This document shows positions 25,654-36,418 of a stretch of DNA of 64,000 bases, piece after piece. The position numbers and the translations under genes are program-made. Origin of the DNA: a cyanobacterium endosymbiont of Rhopalodia gibba (GTDB lineage Bacteria; Cyanobacteriota; Cyanobacteriia; Cyanobacteriales; Microcystaceae); contig CP067995.1 of NCBI GenBank assembly GCA_045159875.1, positions 1,152,001-1,216,000 of the forward strand, read 5' to 3'. Within the stretch, counting starts at the first letter, position 1, and every line of letters begins with the position of its first letter. Under the pieces are notes generated by a model. The model was not told the origin of the DNA and searched no databases. It saw only the letters and a program-made list of their open reading frames with translations.

Positions 25654-26631
25654 TTAGCGGACAGGCATTGTATATTTGAAGTCCGTTGATCCTTCATATC
25701 CAGAAACTTCAGCTAACTTTTTAGGAAGTTGGGTTCCTCGGAGAACTTGTCCTTTAATCTCCCAGGTGGGATAAGACTTAATCCCAACCGCAACGCAGGC
25801 CTGTGGATCAGAATTTTTCCCATCAGGGGAACATTCTATGTAATCAATTTCTTGAAAGGCTTCTTTGCCAAATAATTGCTTTTGTTCAAAACAGTGGGGA
25901 CACCAAAACGTTCCATATTCTTTCGCCCCGATTGCCGTGAGATGTTTGGCCAAGGCAATTTCCGCTTCCCCTGATGTGGTGGTAATATTCCATCCATTGG
26001 GGGGTTGGGGTTGAGTGTTTGGCACTGGAATGGGAGTACGACCGTCGGCGGTAGAGCCATTGACACCGGCATAGACTCCCAGAGTTCCTACAAGGGTAAT
26101 CATAGCTACTATTATAGGAATAAAAAAAATTTGACTAGTTTCCTCCCATTCTCGCCCAAAAACAGTAAATACCATCAAAGATAAAGAAAATATTGCTGAA
26201 CCAATGCAGTAATAACACAGAGTTTGCAGTTCCGTCGCTAGAATATACATTAAATAGCCACTAAAGATGGCCATTGAAGTTCCCGCAGCCAACAAAAGTA
26301 ACCAAGTCCAATCTTCAAGCTGTTTTCTAAGACGTTTATTATTATCAAGTTTGACAAATAGAGGTCCTAGAGAAAAGGTTACCATGCTAATATACGCCAG
26401 AAATCCAAATAAACTGAGAGGTAAACCAAACACTGTGGCATAAGGACTATCCAGGACATTTTTACAACTTGTTGCTCCAGTTTTAGCAGCTTCTACTCCG
26501 CAAGAAACCTCTCCTCCCATCAGTTTAGTAATGGTTAAATAGGCAGTCAAAATAGCCCCAGCAACAGCGATCACTCCAATAATAGGACGTGACCAGCGAT
26601 AGATCCAAGGTGTAGAACGTCGGCGACTCAT
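25654..26631 (-). CDS. Vitamin K epoxide reductase family protein with thioredoxin-like domain (thylakoid disulfide formation)
   Basis: CKNVLDSPYA, CYYC, WCPHC motifs; N-terminus MSRRRSTPWI. Confidence 0.93.
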   Translation of the reverse strand: MSRRRSTPWIYRWSRPIIGVIAVAGAILTAYLTITKLMGGEVSCGVEAAKTGATSCKNVLDSPYATVFGLPLSLFGFLAYISMVTFSLGPLFVKLDNNKRLRKQLEDWTWLLLLAAGTSMAIFSGYLMYILATELQTLCYYCIGSAIFSLSLMVFTVFGREWEETSQIFFIPIIVAMITLVGTLGVYAGVNGSTADGRTPIPVPNTQPQPPNGWNITTTSGEAEIALAKHLTAIGAKEYGTFWCPHCFEQKQLFGKEAFQEIDYIECSPDGKNSDPQACVAVGIKSYPTWEIKGQVLRGTQLPKKLAEVSGYEGSTDFKYTMPVR

Positions 26632-26633
26632 AG

Positions 26634-26683
26634 TAGGGTATTGTTAAAATTCAGTCTGTACCAGTGATTTTAACAATACCCTA
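26634..26683. repeat. Perfect 17-bp inverted repeat spanning the btpA-VKOR spacer
   Basis: tagggtattgttaaaat-16 nt-attttaacaataCCCTA. Confidence 0.9.
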
Positions 26684-27529
26684 TAGAGTCAATTTTAAAG
26701 AAGGCTGAGATTGTGACCTTTCTTTAGATACGTTGACTTGTTGTGCAGCTTCTACAAATTGGGCAACCCGAATAGGATCGATCGATTCTCTAATCCTACC
26801 GTTACGTTTTAGGGAACTAGCTACAATTACGCCATCAGCGACTTGCATTAATTTTCCAATATTGTCCCAATTTGCCCCGCTGCCGATAAAAACAGGGGTT
26901 CCTTGGGCAGCGGCTGAAGCTAATTTTAAGTCTTCAAGACTAGGAGGAAGTCCTGTTGCCCATCCTGATAAGATTATTCCGTCGGCTAACCCTCTTTCGA
27001 GAGTATCTTCAACGGCGGTAGTTAGATTTTGGATTCCTAGGTAACAGGCATTTTTAACCAAGACATCGGCTAAAATTGCAACATCAGCCCCTAATTCCCG
27101 TCGATAACGAAGTAATTTATGGGCATTGCCTTCAATTAATCCTTGATCGGTTGCCATAATTCCCGTGAGGACATTGACCCGAATGAATTTGGCGTTAATG
27201 ATGGAAGCGATTGCCATTGCCCCGATAGCGTCATTACGTAGGAGGTTAATCCCGACAGGAACGACTACTAAATTTTTAATGCGATCAACGATCAAGGTCA
27301 TGGCACTGATAATAGCCGGATCAACTTGGTCTTTTGTAAAAGGAGCATCGAAAAAATTTTCGATGATAATACCATCTACTCCCCCTGCGACAAGGGCAGT
27401 TGCTTCTTGTTCAGCCCGTTCGAGCACTGAGGTCAAACTACCTCCCCAACGGGCGGAAGTGGGAAGGGGTAATAGGTGAACGACACCAATAACCGGATAT
27501 GTTTTTTTGAAAATTTGAGTCAAGTCCAC
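26681..27529 (-). CDS. btpA: BtpA/SgcQ family protein
   Basis: IGVVHLLPLP, IENFFDAPF, GINLLRND, IRVNV. Confidence 0.93.
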   Translation of the reverse strand: MDLTQIFKKTYPVIGVVHLLPLPTSARWGGSLTSVLERAEQEATALVAGGVDGIIIENFFDAPFTKDQVDPAIISAMTLIVDRIKNLVVVPVGINLLRNDAIGAMAIASIINAKFIRVNVLTGIMATDQGLIEGNAHKLLRYRRELGADVAILADVLVKNACYLGIQNLTTAVEDTLERGLADGIILSGWATGLPPSLEDLKLASAAAQGTPVFIGSGANWDNIGKLMQVADGVIVASSLKRNGRIRESIDPIRVAQFVEAAQQVNVSKERSQSQPSLKLTL

Positions 27530-30499
27530 TGAATCTACCTTGATGGTCGGCTACGGTTAATGCCGTTGCGAAATTGAGATCCGATAACAAATTGTATCGT
27601 AGTTGGGGAACCTCCGCTGAGAGAAGAATGAAGTAAGGGGGTAGACCTTTTGACTTTTGTCTTAGTTATTTGAGATGCGTTGTAAACGTAACGATTTCAC
27701 TGTCGAAACACTTCCAATTCTCCAATACTCTTAGTCCTTAATCTTTTTTTTTAAAAAAATTTTCGGCTAACTTATTTACAATACTTAATTTTGATTTATG
27801 TTGCTTTAGTGAGCCTAACGTTTAATGGGATTAAATTGATCATTTTTCAAAGCTGAAGTAACTATGATCAAATCTCAGAAAGTTTCATAGCACAGTTTAC
27901 AGAAAACTGGAGAAGATTAAAAACCACAGAAAAAGATATTGTTTGATTGGTGGTTTCTTGAAAAAAACTATCTCAAGTTGCTGGTCATAGTATGAGAACA
28001 TTTCAGGTCATCGGGAAAATGAGATACCCAACTATTCATCAAGTCCAGAATACGGGTTTGAGGTTTAAGACATTCTCAATATAGGTTAATTAGTTGCTCA
28101 ATAAACTCTTCATCGATATGGATAACAAAGCCATAAAATGTATAAGAATTAGTATTTTTGATAGAAACAAGTCTTCTTTATTGTTCATTTTATAACATTA
28201 TTGGTTATAAGTAAGGATAGATTTTTATTTAAAAAAATTAAAATTTTAAGCTAATTTTTTATATGTCGTTTATTTAATTATTTAGGTTATCTCTACTTTC
28301 TTACCTATCCTCTAACTGCGCAGACTTATCAACCTCGTGAAATGACTACATAACTAAAGATGGTTAAATCTATAACTGATGGTATGATGCTTGCTTCTGA
28401 CCCCTATTTTAGATAAATTGGGAATGTTATCCAGACTATGACATTTTCAGTTAAAAATTTTTAAATTCATATCATAACTATCGTGTAGTTGTATATAAAA
28501 AAACAGAAAATGAGAAAGTTTTACTGAAAAGCTCTTAGTTTATTGGTAAATATGATGAATATTTGTTTGTTAACAAGCATATTATAATTCTAGCTATATT
28601 AGCTTACATATAGATTATATTACTTATACTTAAACGTATTTATTTGGAAATAAATACATAGTTATTAGCTAGATTAATTTAATATAATTATCTTTTTAAG
28701 ACGAGTATTTTTTATAATTTAATAGTCACACTAATCCTACATAGATATTATTATTGATTATTAAAATATTCTTTTTAACAAAGAAGACCTGTTTATCTTT
28801 TTTAATAAAAGTAAGCAGGTCTATTAAATTAATTGCTTTAAGGTTTAAATCAATTTAATAAGACAATGAGTATTATTCTACAACTCTTGTAAATATTAAG
28901 ACGAAAGTCTTTATCCCATATCTAATTTTACCTAGAATTTATTCTTGACAGTGGAACTATACAAAGTAATGCTAAACATTCTGGATGGAGTCTTTCAGAT
29001 AGGAAATAATAATCTTGAAGAGCAGGACAGTAAAAAACACTTTATCAAGTTTACCTAGAGTCTTATTATCTAGATATTTATCATATAACTTGTGTGCGAT
29101 ATCAAAAATTGATTGAATCTAGAGGCGATCAAAAATATCAGTTTTAGTCAGGAAAAAGATAGCAATAGTTGAAGAATTCTGTTCCTACTTCTTTGTATTA
29201 GGTTGATTCTTCAAACTGAGATAGTTATCATATATTTTGAAAAATATAGGAAAATAGACAGCCCATTATTTTAGCACTTATCAAAGACTTAAATCTTATT
29301 GTTATTCAGGAATACCTAAATTTATTTTAATAATTAATATCTGGTATTAAAAGGGAAAAGTTGAGTAACTCATCGTTAGGGGTTACCAAGCAGTTCCTCT
29401 AATTGATAGAATTTTTCAGTCTGTAAAATTATGCTGAAATAAATAATATTAAATTTAAATCAGGTAAAATACTCAATAAATTTTCTAGATGAGTTGTCCA
29501 TACTAATCGATTTGTAGTCAATAAAATACATAGTTAAAAACGTGTAATTTACTACAAAACAATTAAAAAACTAGAAGTATAAAAATATATAATGCTTTAA
29601 CTTAGTCTACTTATTTTAGTTGTAATTTACCTAGATAATAGATTTATTGCTACAAATAAACTTGTTAAAAGTAGTATTCATCTATTTTTATTTTTTTAAA
29701 TAAAAAATAGTATTTTAGATTAGTAAAATTTTAGGTATTTGATAGTTTTTAAGTTAATCTATTAACTAATTTTACTTGGATATTTTTGATTTATCTTAGT
29801 ATAGTTATTATATGTTACAGTTTTTTTTGTATTAAAAATACAAAAAAAATATTTTAATTACCTCAAAAGGACAGGTTATCTACTACTGTTATTTGGCTAA
29901 TTTATTAGACAATCTGTATTTATTTCTTTTTGCTTTACAGATAATTGACTTTAAAAAGTATTAGGTAACAAGTGTAACAATATAAAATATTCTCATGACT
30001 GGATAATATATTTATTTTGTTTATTGAGCGATTACTAGCATAACAACTATCGGTGGTGATAATATTCAGTTTTCGTATAGACATTCTATATATACTAACA
30101 ATTACTCTTTAAGTCCTGTTGTAGTTGTACAGATATCTCTCTACATTTTTGTTATTGGTAATAATGTCTATTCTTTTAGTAATTTTAACGTTTCAAAATT
30201 ACCTATAAAGATGGGATGATAATTTGTGTAAATATTATAAATACTGTAAAAAACCCAGAGAATTTTCTTGAATATTTATTTTTATACTTTTAACTAAAAA
30301 ATATCTAAAGCTCACCTATAAATTACTTTAAAGTATCTCCATATATAATTTATTAAAACATTGCTTTTTAATCCAAAATTTTTTTTCATCGTTAAATACT
30401 CAAATTAGTAAATATTACAATAGCTATTAACTTTTAAAAAAAATTAATAGTTTTATTGTAAATAACTTACTTTTAGACAAATAAAAAAGTAATGATAGC

Positions 30500-31070
30500 A
30501 TTATGATAATTTACCTTCTTTTTGAAAAATAAATCGTCTAACCAGGAAACTCATGACATACTCAATAGCTCTTAATAAGCTTATTTTATGGGCAATAAAT
30601 ACATAGATAATTTTTGCGTTAATCTGCAATTATAAAGATTTTTTATTTAAAAAATCAGTAAAACTAACAATTATTAGATGTATAAATACGATTAAACTAG
30701 AAGTGATTGATAAACGATGAGGATAAACAATATCTTAATTTTTATATCTAATAAGATTAGATATAATTTATATTAATTTGAAGGTTTTTAATATAACGAA
30801 AATTTATCTAAAAGATAACAACTCTAAAATGTAATAAAAGGTGGTCAGAAAATAAGTAATCTGAATTTCAACAAGTTTAATTTTTTTAAGAAACTTAAAA
30901 CACCTGTTGCAACTTTAGTTGACTTATAGTTATCGTGAAATCTCATATCAGCACCGGCAACATAATGCACTTCTGTTAAGTCATCTTCAGTCTATAATTT
31001 ATTATCTAAATTTCTGCTAAATTGACTTTATTTCTTCAAGGGATTTAGGAACAGAAAAATTAACATTAGT
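30500..31070 (-). pseudogene. nfi: Endonuclease V (deoxyinosine 3'-endonuclease) pseudogene
   Basis: PKSLEEIKSI*Q, TEDDLTEVHYVAGADMRFHDNYKSTKVATGVLSF, DIVYPHRLSI (cf. GIAHPRRFGI), HKISLLRAIEYV; ends approximate. Confidence 0.8.
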
Positions 31071-31153
31071 TTTCACTCCAGTTTTTTTAGAATAAAACTG
31101 TATAATCTGGTAATTATTAATACAAATAATGTCAACTAATAATCAAAAGTATA

Positions 31154-32386
31154 ATGGCGATTTTAATGGTCAGTAACGGTCATGGAGAAGATGTAATTGC
31201 GGCTTGTATTGCTGAACAATTACGAGATATATCTAACGCTCCTCAAATAGCAGCTTTTCCCCTAGTGGGAGAAGGATATGCCTACAAAGAGTGTAATATT
31301 CCTATTATTGGGGATGTCCAAAAAATGCCATCAGGGGGTTTTAATCAAAATCTAAAACACCTACTACAAGATGTTAGTGGAGGACTAATAGAATTGACTT
31401 TTTACCAGTATAAAAATATTTGTCAATGGGGAAAAACTGGGGGTAAAATTTTAGCAGTTGGTGATTTAGTACCTTTACTTTTTGCTTGGTTGAGTGGGGC
31501 AGATTATGGATTTGTTGGAACCGCTAAATCAGAATATTATTTACGGGATGAAAAAGGTTGGTTGCCTCAAACTTCTTGGTTAGCGCGTTGGTTTGGATCG
31601 ATGTATTTTCCTTGGGAATGTTGGTTAATGAGTCATCCCCGATGTCGGGGGGTCTTTCCCAGAGACCGATTGACCTCCCAAATTTTAGAGCAATGGCCAA
31701 TACGAGTTTTTGATTTAGGAAACCCTATGATGGATGGTTTTGAGTCAAATCCAACAGTTAATTTAAACCTGAGATATGATTCATTAACCATCGTGCTACT
31801 TCCGGGTTCGAGAAGTCCGGAAGCACAACAGAATTGGGAAATTATTCTGGAAGCAATTCAAGAAATAATAAAAGAAAACCAGAAAAACACTTTTACTTTT
31901 TTAGGAGCGATTTCTCCTGCTCTAAATCTCGAAAATTTTATTCAATCTCTAGTTTATAAAGGTTGGATTTCCAAACCTATAACAACTAATAAATTGTCTT
32001 TAAATGATCCTCATAGATTAGTTTTTAATCAACACCAGACTACCCTAATATTAACTCAACATTCCTATAAAGATTGTTTACAAATGGCTGATCTAGCGAT
32101 CGCTATGGCCGGAACAGCAACAGAGCAATTTGTTGGATTAGGTAAACCAGCAATTACTATCCCTGGAAATGGACCACAATTCACCCTAAATTTTGCTAAA
32201 AAACAAACCTATCTTTTAGGAGAATCAGTCATTTTAGTTAACCATCCGCAACAAGTCCCAACTCTCATTAATTCTTTATCAAGAAATCCTCAGAAACTAC
32301 AGCGTATTGCTGACAATGGACGTAGAAGACTTGGAACATCGGGATCTGCTAAACGAATTGCTCAATGTTTAAAAGACTGTTTTTGA
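31154..32386 (+). CDS. Lipid-A-disaccharide synthase-related protein
   Basis: SNGHGED, MPSGGF, LLPGSR, AMAGTATEQFVGLGKP, GPQFT. Confidence 0.9.
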   Translation: MAILMVSNGHGEDVIAACIAEQLRDISNAPQIAAFPLVGEGYAYKECNIPIIGDVQKMPSGGFNQNLKHLLQDVSGGLIELTFYQYKNICQWGKTGGKILAVGDLVPLLFAWLSGADYGFVGTAKSEYYLRDEKGWLPQTSWLARWFGSMYFPWECWLMSHPRCRGVFPRDRLTSQILEQWPIRVFDLGNPMMDGFESNPTVNLNLRYDSLTIVLLPGSRSPEAQQNWEIILEAIQEIIKENQKNTFTFLGAISPALNLENFIQSLVYKGWISKPITTNKLSLNDPHRLVFNQHQTTLILTQHSYKDCLQMADLAIAMAGTATEQFVGLGKPAITIPGNGPQFTLNFAKKQTYLLGESVILVNHPQQVPTLINSLSRNPQKLQRIADNGRRRLGTSGSAKRIAQCLKDCF

Positions 32387-32537
32387 GTGGACGTAATGTA
32401 TGTGGTGCGGAAATGGTTTTCGAACTTCACAATTTGTAGAAATTATTTTATTTTGTGAATCTTAATGTCTGAATTATCTTCCTAAAATAGGATAATAAGA
32501 TAAGCGAATAAGTAAATATACTACGGAAAATATACTT

Positions 32538-32834
32538 ATGGTGAGTGAGAAATTTCAGACGATAGCCTCTCTGTCGAGTCGGGAGATGGAAATTCTCGAA
32601 CTCGTAGCCACTGGTTTAACCAATCTCGAAATTGCAAAGAAGCTCGAAATTAGTAAACGAACCGTTGATAATCATATTAGTAATACTTTAACAAAAACAA
32701 AGACAGAAAACAGAGTGGAACTGTTGCGCTGGGCGTTGCAGTGGGGTAAGGTCTGTCTTAACGATGTGAACTGCTGTTCCTTACCTATATCCTATCAAGT
32801 AAATGTCATTAACATTAACGAAGTGGTCTCCTAA
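32538..32834 (+). CDS. pedR: Small LuxR-type HTH regulator, PedR-like
   Basis: GLTNLEIAKKLEISKRTVDNHISN, C-terminal WGKVCLNDVNCC. Confidence 0.8.
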   Translation: MVSEKFQTIASLSSREMEILELVATGLTNLEIAKKLEISKRTVDNHISNTLTKTKTENRVELLRWALQWGKVCLNDVNCCSLPISYQVNVININEVVS

Positions 32835-32859
32835 AACCTTTAATAGATAGTTGAAAGTA

Positions 32860-33330
32860 TAGTTAGCATCTTGCTCTTGAGTTTAAGTCGCTGTTAACAA
32901 AGAAATTTTGCTGTCCTCCCAAAATAAAACTTTAAATTAGGTTGAAATACATGGTCAGCAGAAAAGTGCTCTCATTTTTCCTACTATGGTCAATATTTAG
33001 TGTTTGCTTCAAACATACGAGGAAAAAGAAGGATCTAAATTTATGATTTTCTAGGTCGTCGTATTCTACCTTTACCAGGATTAAACCAGCTAAAAAGTAG
33101 TTAGGATAAACCTAATATTAGCTTGTATGGACGGTACATTGTTTATGTCTCTGCTCAAGAAAGCAAGCCAGAAATTTTTGTTTATGATCGCCAAATATTT
33201 CATCCTAAAAAAATGCTAAAAACTGCTAAGGGGAGGTGTTTCATCTGAAAATTAGTGGAAATAGTCACCTTATTTTTTGGGGATTAAACTGAGGGAGACA
33301 GTGAGATATTGTGAGCTATGGATCGGGAAT
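32860..33330 (+). pseudogene. TolB-like (PD40 repeat) protein pseudogene
   Basis: IYDFLGRRILPLPGLNQLKSS*DKPNISLYGRYIVYVSAQESKPEIFVYDRQ; ends approximate. Confidence 0.75.
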
Positions 33331-33407
33331 TATATACCTCTTTATCTCTTCCTAATCGGTTATTAAGAAATAATCGCTAAACCCCAAGCTAATTCGCAAA
33401 TAATTTA

Positions 33408-34313
33408 TTATTTCTTCGATATTTTTTCTAAGGCTTGTTTTACTCTTTCTGGAGTTTTTTTCATCACCTCATCAAAGTTATCTAAGATTTCCCCAGGATA
33501 ATTTTCTAAGACTTTAGTAGACAAAGAAATACGGCCTTTGTATTCATCAATATTGAGAACTACCACCTGAATTTCTTGGCCAAACTTAAACAGTGTATTT
33601 AAAGAATCAATTCGTGAACCACTAATTTGTGTAATATGTAACAATCCTGTTACTCCATTTAAATCTACAAATATTCCATAGGGTTGAATTCTCGCTACCT
33701 TTCCAGCGACTAACGTTCCTACCGTAATTTGATTCATTTGTACTGTCATAATGGCACGGCGTTGGGACAAGACTAATTTATTATTCTCCTGATTAACTTC
33801 CAAAAAATTAGCAGTTAAAGACTTACCCACTAAAGACTCTAAATCTTCTTTTTCGAGAAGATGTGATCGCGGAATAAACCCTCGTAACCCTTCAACCTTA
33901 CCGATGACTCCCCCTTTATTGGTTTGAGTCACGAGCATTTGAACTGTTTGGCCAGTCTCAACCAATTCTGCCACATAATCCCAAGCTTGTTGTAATTGAA
34001 GTTGACGGACAGAAAGTTTAACTTGACCTTCAGCATTTTGATCACTGATAATCAAGAACTTACATTCTTCATTTAAAGGAAGAACCTCAACTAAATCAAA
34101 GGTTGAGTCTAAAGCAGCTTCTTTTAAGGAAACAAATCCCGTAGACTTGCCTCCGATATCAATATAAGCTCCGTCAGAGGTGTGTTGAAGCACCATTCCA
34201 CTAACAATTTGCCCTTTCTCAAAGGTATAATCATGCTGGTCTAGAGCTTTAGCAAAGTCATCCATAGAAAAGCCAATCTTGGATGATTTAGAGGGGATAG
34301 ATTCTGGAGTCAT
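33408..34313 (-). CDS. rps1b: 30S ribosomal protein S1 homolog B
   Basis: Three S1 domains; FSMDDFAKAL, GLRGFIPRSH, GLLHITQIS. Confidence 0.9.
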   Translation of the reverse strand: MTPESIPSKSSKIGFSMDDFAKALDQHDYTFEKGQIVSGMVLQHTSDGAYIDIGGKSTGFVSLKEAALDSTFDLVEVLPLNEECKFLIISDQNAEGQVKLSVRQLQLQQAWDYVAELVETGQTVQMLVTQTNKGGVIGKVEGLRGFIPRSHLLEKEDLESLVGKSLTANFLEVNQENNKLVLSQRRAIMTVQMNQITVGTLVAGKVARIQPYGIFVDLNGVTGLLHITQISGSRIDSLNTLFKFGQEIQVVVLNIDEYKGRISLSTKVLENYPGEILDNFDEVMKKTPERVKQALEKISKK

Positions 34314-34718
34314 GGTGATTAAATGAACAAGGAAAAGCTATGAACAGTCAGTTAGGTCATCGCGGTGACAACAAGCCACCACGATAAACTTAACTAATTC
34401 TAATATCTTCTGAGCTGTAGCTAGCTTCAAATTTAGGGACAAGACATTAGTAAGTAGCTGGAGCGATCACCACATAACTTTGTTTAGCAATCTGTTTAGT
34501 TACCCCTTGAAAACATGGGCATCAACACTGAAAGTTTTTTGAACTACAATAATGCCAGGAAAGACACCTTTTATGTTGGCATAGTTAGATAAACATCAAT
34601 AATAGCTGATTCTACATTGTATGCTTGGATATATTAAGTCTTAATATCTGATATCGCCATGGTTTAGATACTCGAAATAAATTCTAAAACAATTTTAGGG
34701 AGGGTCAAGTCGCAAAAA

Positions 34719-35465
34719 TTAATTATCTTGCAAAAACTTAAGATAAGATTCACAAAGTTCCTCAACCGCTAAATCATATAATTGATGACCATGTTTCGGA
34801 GTCGCTAACGCAGGATTTGAGCCTATTCTGCCATCAGGATAATGACGACGAAAATCCACCGCTCCATAGATTGAATAACCAGATGCTACTTTTTCAGATA
34901 GAGGGACATTTTTAATAGACTCAGGATAGACATATTGAGTAATGGCTACTTCTGAGGGGGTAGCATGAGAGCCTTCTTGCTCACCGTACAATTCCTTCGC
35001 CTTTTCGTATACAGAACGACACATAAACCAATTTTTCACTTGACAACGAACTTGATCCGCTTGAGGAAGATTGAGATGAGCTAAGTAATTATAGGCCTGG
35101 GAAAAAGCCCCTTTAAGGGAAGCAATATTACCGCCATGCCCATTAATAAAGAAAAATCGGGAAAATCCCACCTTGGTTAAACAGGCTAAATAATCCTCAA
35201 TTACTTGGATTAAGGTTGTAGGACGCAAACTAATAGTTCCAGGAAAAGCCGTATGATGCAATGCCATACCCACATTAATGGTGGGGGCTACCATCGCTTG
35301 AATTTCTTCCCCAACCCCTTTAGCGATCACCTCCGCACAAATAGAATCAGTTCCTATTAACCCTGTCGGCCCATGTTGTTCCGTCGAACCGATAGGAATA
35401 ATCAGTCCTTGAGAGGTGTTTAGATAATCTTCAACTTCCGGCCAGGTACTTAAATTTAGTAGCAT
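34719..35465 (-). CDS. Creatininase family protein
   Basis: PIGSTEQHGP, NGHGGN, GSHATPSE. Confidence 0.93.
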   Translation of the reverse strand: MLLNLSTWPEVEDYLNTSQGLIIPIGSTEQHGPTGLIGTDSICAEVIAKGVGEEIQAMVAPTINVGMALHHTAFPGTISLRPTTLIQVIEDYLACLTKVGFSRFFFINGHGGNIASLKGAFSQAYNYLAHLNLPQADQVRCQVKNWFMCRSVYEKAKELYGEQEGSHATPSEVAITQYVYPESIKNVPLSEKVASGYSIYGAVDFRRHYPDGRIGSNPALATPKHGHQLYDLAVEELCESYLKFLQDN

Positions 35466-35575
35466 AAAATATTTAAATGTCTAAGAAGATGATGAGATAA
35501 AAGGAGAAAAAACTATACTCAACGGCTAACTTTGTTGTATATCTTAACCTAGAGTCAACGTTTAAACTATTTTTC

Positions 35576-36328
35576 ATGCTATCTCTAGACTTACCTCAAG
35601 CTTTGTCCTCCCAAAAAAACGTCAACCATCATCGAATTTTGGTGGTCGAAGACGAAGATGTGATTCGAGATATGATTATTATTTCCTTAGAAGGAGAAGG
35701 TTATGAGGTGGTAAGCGCTCCCGATGGACGTACGGCATTAAATTTCTTCCAAGATAATGTCTCTTCAGGTACTAGACTGGAGTTTCACTTGGTGGTTTTA
35801 GATTTAATGCTACCGCAAATTAACGGTTTAGATATCTGTCGCCTCCTGAGACACAATGGGAACATTGTCCCCATCTTAATTCTCAGTGCCAAAGCTAGTG
35901 AAACTGATCGGGTTTCAGGTCTGGAAGTTGGAGCAGATGATTATTTGACCAAACCCTTCAGCATACGGGAATTAGTAGCTCGTTGTCGTGCCTTGATCCG
36001 TCGTCAAGAGTTTAGTAATGCGTCATCGGTTCCTGTCCGTAAGTTCCGCGATGTTACTCTATATCCCAACGAATGTCGGGTGGAGGTTCGGGGTAAGGAG
36101 GCGAACTTTTCTCCCAAGGAATATCGCTTATTAGATTTGTTCATGAGCTACCCTCGTCGGGTTTGGTCTCGCGAACAATTGATCGAGCAGATATGGGGAC
36201 CTGATTTCTTAGGAGATACTAAAACGGTTGATGTTCATATCCGCTGGTTGAGGGAAAAGCTAGAGCATGATCCGAGTCAACCCAAATATTTAATTACGGT
36301 CAGGGGATTTGGCTATCGCTTTGGTTAA
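35576..36328 (+). CDS. sphR: OmpR/PhoB-family response regulator (SphR-like)
   Basis: REC domain plus wHTH; KTVDVHIRWLREKLE; adjacent to a PhoR-like kinase. Confidence 0.8.
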   Translation: MLSLDLPQALSSQKNVNHHRILVVEDEDVIRDMIIISLEGEGYEVVSAPDGRTALNFFQDNVSSGTRLEFHLVVLDLMLPQINGLDICRLLRHNGNIVPILILSAKASETDRVSGLEVGADDYLTKPFSIRELVARCRALIRRQEFSNASSVPVRKFRDVTLYPNECRVEVRGKEANFSPKEYRLLDLFMSYPRRVWSREQLIEQIWGPDFLGDTKTVDVHIRWLREKLEHDPSQPKYLITVRGFGYRFG

Positions 36329-36418
36329 TTACATTAAGTAATTGATCAACATGGAATCAAGTAATAGTCAACAGATTATTAAATGCCAACAGACGACTTA
36401 CAGTAGGCTATCAGTTCA

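Noticed and set aside
27700..30400. Probable further gene remnants between btpA and nfi
   Set aside because: Fragments could not be assigned to any family
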